From: a virus
DNA length: 59,960 nucleotides
Reading direction: 5' to 3' (one strand)
IMG/VR virus record: IMGVR_UViG_3300037882_002000
Span: 1 to 59,960 of that record
A program made the position numbers and the translations under genes. The stretch's first letter is position 1; the number at the start of each line of letters is the position of its first letter. The notes beneath the pieces were generated by a model. It was not told the DNA's origin. It ran no database searches and saw only the letters and a list, made by a program, of their open reading frames with translations. Shown piece after piece: positions 31,856-39,852 of the stretch.

Positions 31856-32352
31856 TAATCGACGACAGAATCACCGGAGAGCACACAGCTGCGTATCCTT
31901 ACGCTTCGATCAACAGGATATTCCCTACTATCGGCATCGTGACTAGGACTGGCCAATTCATCCAACTCAAGTCTGAGGTGGATACACCAGAAGGCCACAC
32001 AGCCAGTGATATGGTATATGCTATAACCATAGAACTCACCAATGGTGGACGGCACTTTATTCCATGCAGGGACAAGTCGCACCAGAAGACGATATTCCAA
32101 GAACTAACCGGCGGGAAGATCACCGCTATACTCAAGAACCAGCAACCTAGAAAGGAACCACCACATGACAAAGATACTGGAATTCAAGCTGAAGGAACAG
32201 CCAGCCCCGCCACCATCGATTCTGGAGATGGTGATCCTAGTGCAGATGGACTTCATCCAAAGCACGACAGCAGCCCTCCTGACAATAATGGAGACATTAT
32301 CACTTCAAAAGAAGACGATGGACAAACTCGACAAGAGACTCTCCCGGCTTGA
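31849..32352 (+). CDS. hypothetical protein (167 aa) with a disordered acidic/Pro-rich tail
   Basis: The first ~105 residues look globular. The tail is encoded by the segment that also encodes the 32165..32383 ORF in another frame. Confidence 0.55.
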   Translation: MLVIDDRITGEHTAAYPYASINRIFPTIGIVTRTGQFIQLKSEVDTPEGHTASDMVYAITIELTNGGRHFIPCRDKSHQKTIFQELTGGKITAILKNQQPRKEPPHDKDTGIQAEGTASPATIDSGDGDPSADGLHPKHDSSPPDNNGDIITSKEDDGQTRQETLPA

Positions 32353-32383
32353 AGACAAAGTTATTCACACCCAAGACGATTAG
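32165..32383 (+). CDS. hypothetical coiled-coil protein (72 aa), overlapping the previous gene by 188 nt in the +1 frame
   Basis: AAGGA lies 9 nt upstream of the ATG. The product has a helical/heptad character (DKLDKRLSRLEDKV). Confidence 0.5.
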   Translation: MTKILEFKLKEQPAPPPSILEMVILVQMDFIQSTTAALLTIMETLSLQKKTMDKLDKRLSRLEDKVIHTQDD

Positions 32384-32392
32384 GAGGCTACC

Positions 32393-32746
32393 TTGAAGTG
32401 GATACTGATAGCACTCACGCTCTGCGCGGCCACTGGTAGCTTTAAAAGCCAGTTGCAATATCAAGAGGTTACGGTACTATGCTCCCAGCAACATACCATT
32501 GGGGAGTTGGATCATGCTGTCAAAGAGAAGCGGGAGGCTTGCGTGAAGCCTGCCCAACGATGGATCGAGCAATTATCAACTTCTCTCAGCAACCCCCAGT
32601 CACGCCGGATTTACCTACAAATCGCTTCCGATGATTATGACGATAACGGAGATATAGAGGCTTTCTGCCGTGCGCTCGATACCGTAAAGGCATCAGTTCA
32701 CAGCCAAGAGCTTACTCCGCCCCTTCTGTCAGCGGCGTATGGGTGA
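32393..32746 (+). CDS. secreted/periplasmic protein with a signal peptide (117 aa, TTG start)
   Basis: AGGAGG lies 5 nt upstream of the TTG. The N-terminus is MKWILIALTLCAATGSF. Confidence 0.6.
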   Translation: MKWILIALTLCAATGSFKSQLQYQEVTVLCSQQHTIGELDHAVKEKREACVKPAQRWIEQLSTSLSNPQSRRIYLQIASDDYDDNGDIEAFCRALDTVKASVHSQELTPPLLSAAYG

Positions 32747-32757
32747 GCGTCACCCAC

Positions 32758-32791
32758 GGGTGGTAGGTTGACTCAACCCAGTCTACCACCC
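32758..32791 (+). terminator. stem-loop (perfect 9-bp stem) downstream of the secreted-protein gene, poor U-tract
   Basis: GGGTGGTAG / CTACCACCC with a 16-nt loop containing an inner GGTT/AACC pairing. AAATAAGGTCTTTCTT follows. Confidence 0.3.
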
Positions 32792-32862
32792 AAATAAGGT
32801 CTTTCTTGGTGAGGGTGCCCGACTTCATCCTCAACAGTAAAAACCTAAAACACGGGGAAGTA

Positions 32863-33234
32863 ATGGGATTTCGTTCAGCAAAGCGCGGGTACTCGCTCCG
32901 CGATAAGAATGCAGGCGTGAACAACGTAGGTAGTATAGTAGCACCGGTAGTTGCTGCCCTCACCGGCGCACTAGGTTTAGGTGATACAGCCAAGCTACCA
33001 CCAGTGGCACGTCGTAACCGGTACGAGTACCTTGGAGAGAAAGAAGAGCCTCACTTCCATAAACGCTTCAACCAGAAGAAGGGTGAACCCCCTAAAGTGG
33101 TGATGGTCACAGTAAAACGCTATACGGAGCTCCCACAGGGGCGAAACTGGCCTGGTGAGGGCTCAGGTGCGCCAGCTAGGAGAATGCGTCAGGCTGAGAA
33201 GCTGGCTGCCAAGAATGCCAACGGCTCCCAGTAG
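32863..33234 (+). CDS. hypothetical basic protein (123 aa from ATG 32863)
   Basis: ATG follows GGGGAAG. The track start (32806, TTG) lies in the hairpin-containing spacer. Confidence 0.5.
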   Translation: MGFRSAKRGYSLRDKNAGVNNVGSIVAPVVAALTGALGLGDTAKLPPVARRNRYEYLGEKEEPHFHKRFNQKKGEPPKVVMVTVKRYTELPQGRNWPGEGSGAPARRMRQAEKLAAKNANGSQ

Positions 33235-33356
33235 CCACTTATGGTGGTGAAGGCGAAGTGGAGGTGCCCCACAAAACTGGATGGTGGCCTGGATCAGGAC
33301 AGATCAGTGACAGCTTGGAGAGACAGCGCTAACAATTTACTGTAGGATTTACTTAA

Positions 33357-33524
33357 ATGAAAGAATACACCATAGACGAGCTTATCACCTTCCAGGAGCG
33401 CGAACTCTCAGAGAAAGAGAAGCGGCTTGCCATAGTGGTAGAATCTGGTAAGATGAAGCAGGAAACCGCCGATATGCTGATAGGTAAGGCCCAGGCAATA
33501 CTTGATCATTTAAAGGATATGTGA
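33357..33524 (+). CDS. possible small helical protein (55 aa)
   Basis: My translation begins MKEYTIDELITFQERELSEKEKRLAIVVESGKMKQETADML. The stop overlaps the next start. Confidence 0.45.
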   Translation: MKEYTIDELITFQERELSEKEKRLAIVVESGKMKQETADMLIGKAQAILDHLKDM

Positions 33525-33526
33525 GG

Positions 33527-34153
33527 ATGGAGTGGAAACCATATTTAGGATCATTAAAAGCCGCGCAAGTATGGATGGAGTCCATGTTAAAGCTGGGACC
33601 TTCATCTGCTCATTCTGGAATCCAGCCCCTACGCGATGGGGGGGAGGATGTCTCGACCAATTCGTTGGAGAAAGAACTAAGGCAGATGCCAAATCCCTCC
33701 CTCCAGAGTGTAGACCTATCCTCTACGCCGATAGAGCGTTCTAAGGTAGGAAGTATGCGCCCGCCAACAGTATTTAAAGTCTTCCCCGGGGAGCCTCCCA
33801 CTTTGCACGAGTCAGCTGATCGTATCCTCCAAGGTACCTCAGATACACGGATGGAGGTTGGTAATGAGATCGTGCACCGCCTCATGGTGCACAAGGGTTA
33901 TATGAAATCGTGCAGCACTGATGGTTATGATATTTATTCCACCATACCAGGAAAATATAATCGTCCGCGCTTCGTGGTAGTCACGACTGAGGACGCACTG
34001 GCTCAGTTTCCCCTGAAGCCTTCGTGGTTTCCGAGTTGTGATGAGGCGCTACGGGCTGTGTGGCTTTTTGCCGCGCTCGAACCAGCTTCGCGTGCTCAAC
34101 GTTTTCATAGAGACCTTTTGAATATTCTTCCACCCGAATCATCGCCGCTATAA
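33527..34153 (+). CDS. questionable ORF (208 aa), Ser/Pro-rich
   Basis: An open frame whose composition is atypical for this genome. Its last 173 nt run antisense to the 3' end of the leftward HTH gene. Confidence 0.35.
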   Translation: MEWKPYLGSLKAAQVWMESMLKLGPSSAHSGIQPLRDGGEDVSTNSLEKELRQMPNPSLQSVDLSSTPIERSKVGSMRPPTVFKVFPGEPPTLHESADRILQGTSDTRMEVGNEIVHRLMVHKGYMKSCSTDGYDIYSTIPGKYNRPRFVVVTTEDALAQFPLKPSWFPSCDEALRAVWLFAALEPASRAQRFHRDLLNILPPESSPL

Positions 34154-34430
34154 ACTGATCGAAGGCCCCAGGCGACTCCCTTCTCATTTCATATATACAA
34201 TCAATCGTCCTTGCGAACAGTATAGGCGTGAGAGAGGAGGCCACCCCAGTCTCTTCCCACTCTATGTACATTCTATAACTTGCACCCAGGAAGAAAGCAG
34301 CTTCCCCCACCGATAGCTTCTGGTTCAATCGCCACTTCTTGAAATTAAAATTCAGCGCTCTTGATGTGAGTCTGTAATTACCTGGCTGAAAATTTACGTC
34401 AATCTTGGGTCGCTTGGCTGTTTTTTTCAT
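33981..34430 (-). CDS. XRE-like HTH regulator (149 aa from ATG 34430), divergent from the late operon
   Basis: WRLNQKLSVGEAAFFLGASYRMYIEWEETG is HTH-like. The start codon faces the late promoter/operator region. Confidence 0.65.
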   Translation of the reverse strand: MKKTAKRPKIDVNFQPGNYRLTSRALNFNFKKWRLNQKLSVGEAAFFLGASYRMYIEWEETGVASSLTPILFARTIDCIYEMRRESPGAFDQFIAAMIRVEEYSKGLYENVEHAKLVRARQKATQPVAPHHNSETTKASGETEPVRPQS

Positions 34431-34440
34431 AAAATATTCA

Positions 34441-34483
34441 TTGTTTATTAAGCTAATCACATCTACACTCTAATCCTTAGAGT
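34441..34483 (+). promoter_or_regulatory. late-operon promoter candidate with an overlapping palindromic operator
   Basis: TTGTTT (34441..34446)-17 nt-TACACT (34464..34469). The perfect palindrome ACTCTAA-TCC-TTAGAGT (34467..34483) overlaps the -10 element and the start site. Confidence 0.45.
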
Positions 34484-34521
34484 AGTAATAATATCTCTAC
34501 AGATAATTAACGGCGGCGAGA

Positions 34522-35145
34522 ATGAGTGAAACGCCAGAGAAATCAACCCTTCCAGTAACTATGCCACCCAGAGTCAATCTCTCTGAGAGTCCTCCTATTG
34601 GAGTCCAGATGGAGAGGGTGGAAATATGGCGAAACCGGCAGATGATGCGGCTTCAAGCATGGAACGGGGTACTTGATTACCACGCGGAGATGTCAACTAT
34701 CGATCCAGATAGATACTCCCCGCGCGAAATAATTGGTTTGATGCGGGATTCCTCAGAGTTTCAAGCTGACTTATCGACCGGTAAGATACCACTGGTGCTG
34801 AACGCGAAGGGTAGAGCGGACGAAGAGCCTGGTATGGATTACGCTGAGACAGAAGCGGAAGGTGATAAGGTATTCGATGCCATATTCCAGGAAGTCACCG
34901 CAGGTGCGCCTGAGCAAGTTAAGGGGGTAACTTCCCGTGAATACGTCCCTAGCGCCAGAAAACGACCTCTTCAGGAGCCGCTACAAGCGAAAGTCAGGGG
35001 CAGGCCAAGGCGCAGTACCCCCCCTGAATCAACGGATAACCAAGTAACACCGGAACAACAGGTGGGGAAAGATTTGAGTGGAAGTCCAGCAGGTCAGAAG
35101 CGAACAGTCAAGGTACGGCGAGTGGTTAAACCTTCCGCTACGTGA
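34522..35145 (+). CDS. small terminase subunit candidate (207 aa)
   Basis: First gene of the late operon, immediately upstream of and overlapping the large terminase. It has a basic C-terminus. The call is positional only. Confidence 0.35.
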   Translation: MSETPEKSTLPVTMPPRVNLSESPPIGVQMERVEIWRNRQMMRLQAWNGVLDYHAEMSTIDPDRYSPREIIGLMRDSSEFQADLSTGKIPLVLNAKGRADEEPGMDYAETEAEGDKVFDAIFQEVTAGAPEQVKGVTSREYVPSARKRPLQEPLQAKVRGRPRRSTPPESTDNQVTPEQQVGKDLSGSPAGQKRTVKVRRVVKPSAT

Positions 35146-36694
35146 AGTCCTTAAATTCTACGATAAAATAGAAGCCATACCGAACGAGGGTATACGCCGG
35201 AACAACCGGCGCAGGCTTATACTGAATGATGTGTTCTACCTTTTGGTCAGAGTATGTGGCCGTAAGGATATGATCCACCCCTGGCTTTACGACAGGTGCC
35301 GGGAAGTGCAGAAGAGTCCAGACGGGCACTTAGATCTTTGGGCAAGAGATTCATATAAATCCACAATCATTACTTTCGGGATGACGATCCAGGATGTTCT
35401 CAGTGATCCAGAGACCACTATCCTGCTGTTCAGCCACACCAAGGATATCGCGCAGACATTCTTGAAGCAGATAATGAACGAACTCGACAGCAACGAGGAA
35501 CTCAAGAGCCACTTTCCCAACGTCCTATGGCAGAGCGCTAGGGACAGAAATATGCAGAAGCGGAAGATTAAGTGGTCTGAGAAAGACGGGCTGGTAGTCA
35601 GAAGACTCTCCAACCCACGAGAACCAACTATATTCGCCTCAGGCTTGGTGGATGGTATGCCAACCTCCTTCCACGTTCAGAGACTCGTGTACGATGATAC
35701 AGTGACCCCGGCTTCCGTCAGTACACCAGAGCAGATAAAGAAAACCACCTCGATGTTGGAGCTTTCAGATAACCTGGGTTCCGGCGCACGAACGATAAAG
35801 AGAATGATTGGTACTCGGTATCACCTATTCGATACCTACCACGATGTTATAGAGCGTGGATTGTTTAAGGTACGCTGCTACCCGGCTACGAGTGACGGCA
35901 GTGATGACTGCTCTAAGTCCGTGCTTCTCCCCCCGGAAGTGCTGGCAAAGAAGAAGATCACCCAAGGCCACAACTTCTACGCGCAGATGCTTCTCAACCC
36001 GCGCGCCGACTCTATAGCGGGCTTTGATGCAAAGAACCTGAGATACTGGCCAGCCGTACACTTCAAGAACCTGAACCGCATTATCCTGGTTGACCCTTCC
36101 TCCGGTAAGCACCGTGAGCAGAACAAGGGTGACTTCACCGCGATGTGGTGCATGGGTAAGGGTGCCGACGAGAAGAAGTACGGCATCAAACTGATACGGG
36201 ACAGGCTAACCGGTCCGCAAAGGATCGAGGCGCTGTTCCAGATGGTTGCCGATTACCGCGTGCGCCTGGTGTTCTATGAAGAAACCGGCTCCTATGCTGA
36301 TATCGAGAATATCAGGCTTGAACAGAATAGACGCAACTTCCGCTTTGACCTGATACCCATCGGTGTGAAGGGCGTGAAGAAGAAAGAGCGTATCCTGCGA
36401 TTACAGTCAGGGTTCGCCAGCGGAGATATCTACCTGCCGGAGCGCGACATCTACATAAACCAAGAGGGCGTGGCTGTAGACGTGATCAAGCAGTTTGTGC
36501 AGGACGAATACATCCCTTACCCGGTTGTGTCGCATGACGATGCTCTGGATGCTTTGGCGATGATGGAGCACGAAGATGTGGTGCGTAGGTGGATTACGCC
36601 ACTATCGGAGCACATCGATGAGAACCCGATGCTGGTGAAGGCCAGAAGAGAGGCGCGAAGGGCGCGAAGGCCAGACTCCTGGATGGCTGGGTGA
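35078..36694 (+). CDS. terminase large subunit
   Basis: 538 aa. HLDLWARDSYKSTIITF and LVYDD lie in the ATPase half. ILVDPSSGKHREQNKGDFTAMWCMG and SHDDALDAL lie in the RNase-H-like nuclease half. GTG 35078 is the only in-frame start upstream of these motifs. Confidence 0.85.
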   Translation: MEVQQVRSEQSRYGEWLNLPLREVLKFYDKIEAIPNEGIRRNNRRRLILNDVFYLLVRVCGRKDMIHPWLYDRCREVQKSPDGHLDLWARDSYKSTIITFGMTIQDVLSDPETTILLFSHTKDIAQTFLKQIMNELDSNEELKSHFPNVLWQSARDRNMQKRKIKWSEKDGLVVRRLSNPREPTIFASGLVDGMPTSFHVQRLVYDDTVTPASVSTPEQIKKTTSMLELSDNLGSGARTIKRMIGTRYHLFDTYHDVIERGLFKVRCYPATSDGSDDCSKSVLLPPEVLAKKKITQGHNFYAQMLLNPRADSIAGFDAKNLRYWPAVHFKNLNRIILVDPSSGKHREQNKGDFTAMWCMGKGADEKKYGIKLIRDRLTGPQRIEALFQMVADYRVRLVFYEETGSYADIENIRLEQNRRNFRFDLIPIGVKGVKKKERILRLQSGFASGDIYLPERDIYINQEGVAVDVIKQFVQDEYIPYPVVSHDDALDALAMMEHEDVVRRWITPLSEHIDENPMLVKARREARRARRPDSWMAG

Positions 36695-36695
36695 G

Positions 36696-36890
36696 ATGGC
36701 AATCAAGATTGGCGATATCTGCCAGATCAATCAGAGAGTGATTGGCACGGTAAGCAGTATTATATACTGCGACCATGACATGGTGCGGATGTTGGTGGAA
36801 GTGATCCTCGAATCTGATGAGGTAGCTACTCTGACCGTCACCCTGGGTGAGGACGCTATCAAGAACTGGAATCAACCAACAATTCATTGA
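36696..36890 (+). CDS. hypothetical protein (64 aa)
   Basis: ATG lies 1 nt after the terminase stop. The tRNA begins at the base after its own stop. Confidence 0.55.
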   Translation: MAIKIGDICQINQRVIGTVSSIIYCDHDMVRMLVEVILESDEVATLTVTLGEDAIKNWNQPTIH

Positions 36891-36968
36891 CGCAGGGAAG
36901 AGCAGTCTGGTTCGCTCGTCGGTTTCATAATCCGAAGGTCGTAGGTTCAAATCCTGCCCCTGCAACCA
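36891..36968 (+). tRNA. tRNA-Met (anticodon CAU, 36926..36928), initiator (fMet)-type with atypical A8 and a U31-U39 mismatch; CCA encoded
   Basis: Hand-folded cloverleaf. Acceptor CGCAGGG/CCCTGCA with a C1xA72 mismatch. D-arm GAGC-AGTCTGGTTC-GCTC. Anticodon arm TCGGT-TTCATAA-TCCGA. Variable loop AGGTC. T-arm GTAGG-TTCAAAT-CCTGC. Discriminator A plus CCA. It is almost colinear with E. coli tRNA-fMet as I recall it. Confidence 0.85.
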
Positions 36969-36983
36969 ATATTCAAGGGGCAC

Positions 36984-39185
36984 ATGGAATTAGATAACCT
37001 CAAAGAAGAGAGCTTACTTGAGCTACCCACGGGCGGTGCGATAGTGGAGGCAAACCACGACCGTTATCGCCGTGATGCTATCGGACACGAGAAGTACGCC
37101 CAACTTGCTACACTGGCCACCAACTTCCTGGAAGGTACTCAGTACACCCAAGAAGAGATCACGGCATTCAAAGACCAAGGCCGCCCATATCTGACCAAGA
37201 ATAAGATCGCTCCTCTCCACCGCCTGATGATGGGCTTCATGGAAGAGAATAACTACGAGATCAAGTTCCTGCCCGGTAATGATGGCACCGGCAGCCAAGA
37301 GATTGCAGACACGCTCTCCGCCACCCACAAGCAGGTAGAGGAAAGCAACGACGCTGAATGGAAGGACACCGATGTATTCCAGGATGGTATTACCACCGGG
37401 CGCGGCTTCCTCGATCAGCGTATCAGCTTTGTCTACAACAAGATGGGTGATATCAAGCAGTCAGTCCTTAATCCCCTTGAGGTGCTGATCGACGCAGATG
37501 CCACCACCTACGACCCCAACGATGAAGACGGCGGCTGGGACCACTGGGAATATAACCGATGGATGTCAATTTCCGATATCTACACCCTGTATGGCCCGAT
37601 GGCCTTCAGGAAGATCGGGGATATGAAGCGCAGTATCCCGCTGCTCGATGGCGATTACTACGGCACTAGCCGTGCTTATGACTCGCCAGGCGCAGGCTTC
37701 GGGCTTGATCAGGATATGAGACTTGATTACGAGTGGACCAACTTCGTTACCACCCAGTATTCGGACTTCTTCCTCCAGAACCGCAGGTTGATTCGCGTTA
37801 TCGACTGCCAGCACAAGGTTTTGAAGCGATGCAACTACTTCGTGGACACGGAGACCGGCCAGCAGAAGGTAATCCCTGAGGGCTGGGATGAGGCAAAGAT
37901 CCGTAGGGTGATGCAGTTTGTCACCGAGCGGCAGTTGCCCGTGTCTATTGAGACCGGAATCAAGAAGCGGATACGCTGGACTATCACCGCAGCAGACCGT
38001 TTGATCTGGGATGAGTGGTCACCATACGACCAGTACACGATCATTCCATACTTCCCGTATTTCCGTCGTGGAGCTACCAGGGGTATGATCGACGACCTGA
38101 TCGACCCACAGAGAGAGCTTAACAAGCGAAGTTCTGCCCTCCTGCATATCGTGATGGCCACCGCAAATTCTGGATGGATGTGGGAAGAAGGCGCTCTTTC
38201 TGAGGATATGGAGACCGCGCTTGAAGAAGAGGGTGCCCGCCCAGGTATCCACCTCAAGTATCGGATGGGCTACAATGCACCGGCGAGGATCGAGCCAGCC
38301 GCGCTACCGAGTAACGTGAAGATACTGGAAGACCAAGCCACCGTTGATCTGAGGGAAATCTCCGGTATCAATGAAAGCTCCCTTGGTCAGAAAGACCCAA
38401 CAGCGAATTCAGGCCGCGCTGTACTTGCCAAGCAGAAGCAGGCAGTAATCGGCGCGCAGACATACTTTAAGAATTTTAGCCGCTATCGTCAGATTAAAGG
38501 CAAGAACCAGCTGAGTCTGATTCAGAACTTCTACACCGAGCCAAGGTTGATACGCAGCCGCGCGGCTGAGAAGGGCGATCAGATGCTCTGGATCAACAGC
38601 CGTGACGCAGCCGGTGAGATAGTGAACAACGTGGCCTTTGGCCGTTACAACGTGACCGTAGCTGAGGCTCCAGTCTCCGCTTCCTTTATGCAAGGTCAAT
38701 TCCAGGAGATGTTGGAGCTTATCGAGAAGGGCGCGCCTATACCTTGGGATATCGCAATCAAGCTGTCCTCCGCTCCTAACAAGGAAGAGATCCTCCAGCG
38801 GATGCGTGAAGAGCGCCAGCTGCAAGAAGAGTCCATCAGGATGCAAACCCTCGCGGGTAAAGCCTCGATGGGGATACCACCGGATATGCCAACACCACCG
38901 ATTACGGTTGATGGTGGTCCGGCGGTGATACAGGCGCAGCCGCCGGGTGCCGGTATTCCGCCAACTGCCATACCTGGTGGTCCAGCGGCTGCACCTATGT
39001 TACCGCCTCCAATGCGGGGTGGTGGAAGCCCGATACCTGCTGGCCCAGACGCAGGCGCAATACCACAAGGTGGAGGCGATATAGCTTCCCTGGTGGCTAT
39101 GCTTGGCCAACTGAACCAGACACTGCAACGCCCGCGCGACCTTAAGAGAGACCCAGCAACCCAAGCTATAATCGGCTTTCAATAG
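36984..39185 (+). CDS. portal protein (733 aa) with a Pro/Gly-rich C-terminal tail
   Basis: Its size, its position after the large terminase and the acidic stretches are typical of podovirus portals. Confidence 0.8.
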   Translation: MELDNLKEESLLELPTGGAIVEANHDRYRRDAIGHEKYAQLATLATNFLEGTQYTQEEITAFKDQGRPYLTKNKIAPLHRLMMGFMEENNYEIKFLPGNDGTGSQEIADTLSATHKQVEESNDAEWKDTDVFQDGITTGRGFLDQRISFVYNKMGDIKQSVLNPLEVLIDADATTYDPNDEDGGWDHWEYNRWMSISDIYTLYGPMAFRKIGDMKRSIPLLDGDYYGTSRAYDSPGAGFGLDQDMRLDYEWTNFVTTQYSDFFLQNRRLIRVIDCQHKVLKRCNYFVDTETGQQKVIPEGWDEAKIRRVMQFVTERQLPVSIETGIKKRIRWTITAADRLIWDEWSPYDQYTIIPYFPYFRRGATRGMIDDLIDPQRELNKRSSALLHIVMATANSGWMWEEGALSEDMETALEEEGARPGIHLKYRMGYNAPARIEPAALPSNVKILEDQATVDLREISGINESSLGQKDPTANSGRAVLAKQKQAVIGAQTYFKNFSRYRQIKGKNQLSLIQNFYTEPRLIRSRAAEKGDQMLWINSRDAAGEIVNNVAFGRYNVTVAEAPVSASFMQGQFQEMLELIEKGAPIPWDIAIKLSSAPNKEEILQRMREERQLQEESIRMQTLAGKASMGIPPDMPTPPITVDGGPAVIQAQPPGAGIPPTAIPGGPAAAPMLPPPMRGGGSPIPAGPDAGAIPQGGGDIASLVAMLGQLNQTLQRPRDLKRDPATQAIIGFQ

Positions 39186-39194
39186 GAGAAGATC

Positions 39195-39563
39195 ATGACT
39201 GAACCACAAGAATTCATTCAGGTTGGCGAATTCACCCCTGAGTACGAGCAGCAAGTCCGAGACTTGGTGAATTCCCAGACCGGCGGGCACAATATGAACC
39301 CAGAAGCGCACCGCGTACCACAGGATAGATTACTCAGGAAGCGCACTATCGTTCGCGGTAACTGCGGTGTGGCCATTGAATTCGTTTGGGCATCTGGCCG
39401 ACAGGATGCTTACGCCATGGTGGACTTTGACGACAGCGAGATTGCACTCCGCCGCTTCACTGACCCTGAAGGCACTCAACTGATACTGGATAATCACCAG
39501 AAGTTAATCGCTAAACTTAAAGAAAGACAGGCATATGACGCAAATATCAAAGAAGCAGCTTGA
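39195..39563 (+). CDS. hypothetical head-module protein (122 aa)
   Basis: AGGAG RBS, directly after the portal gene. Confidence 0.65.
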   Translation: MTEPQEFIQVGEFTPEYEQQVRDLVNSQTGGHNMNPEAHRVPQDRLLRKRTIVRGNCGVAIEFVWASGRQDAYAMVDFDDSEIALRRFTDPEGTQLILDNHQKLIAKLKERQAYDANIKEAA

Positions 39564-39846
39564 AGCACTAGCTTCGGCGGTGTTTGACCTCCCAGAAGAT
39601 GAGCGTGGATATGCAGCGCGCTTTGTAGGGAAGAACCACCATCTTGGCCTGAAGGAACTCCTGCGGCGCTGGGAGGCAGACGCTGGCGATAGAGATGTTA
39701 GAGCCAAACTACAGGCGGCTCATATAGAGCGCGTCACTAAAGAATACGAAGATCTACCCACCCTCAAGGGTAGCGCAACAGCGAAAGTCGGCGGCATTGC
39801 TCTTACTGGCGGTATCGCGGCTGGTCACGCAGAAACAAAGGAGTAA
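39535..39846 (+). CDS. hypothetical head-module protein (103 aa)
   Basis: The ORF overlaps the upstream gene by 29 nt. Confidence 0.55.
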   Translation: MTQISKKQLEALASAVFDLPEDERGYAARFVGKNHHLGLKELLRRWEADAGDRDVRAKLQAAHIERVTKEYEDLPTLKGSATAKVGGIALTGGIAAGHAETKE

Positions 39847-39852
39847 TTTTCA

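Noticed and set aside
32712-32993. 93-aa minus-strand ORF
   Set aside because: It spans the hairpin-containing spacer and the start of a plus-strand gene. It has no RBS and is the only minus ORF in that block.
35078-35145. 68-nt overlap between the small-terminase candidate and the large terminase as a programmed frameshift site
   Set aside because: I saw no slippery heptamer or downstream structure. GTG 35078 is simply the only in-frame initiation codon upstream of the terminase motifs, so an ordinary overlap is the simplest reading.
36594-36983. 129-aa minus-strand ORF between terminase and portal
   Set aside because: It runs antisense across the tRNA gene and the 64-aa plus-strand ORF in an otherwise all-plus late operon. 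The tRNA cloverleaf explains the conservation-like signal.
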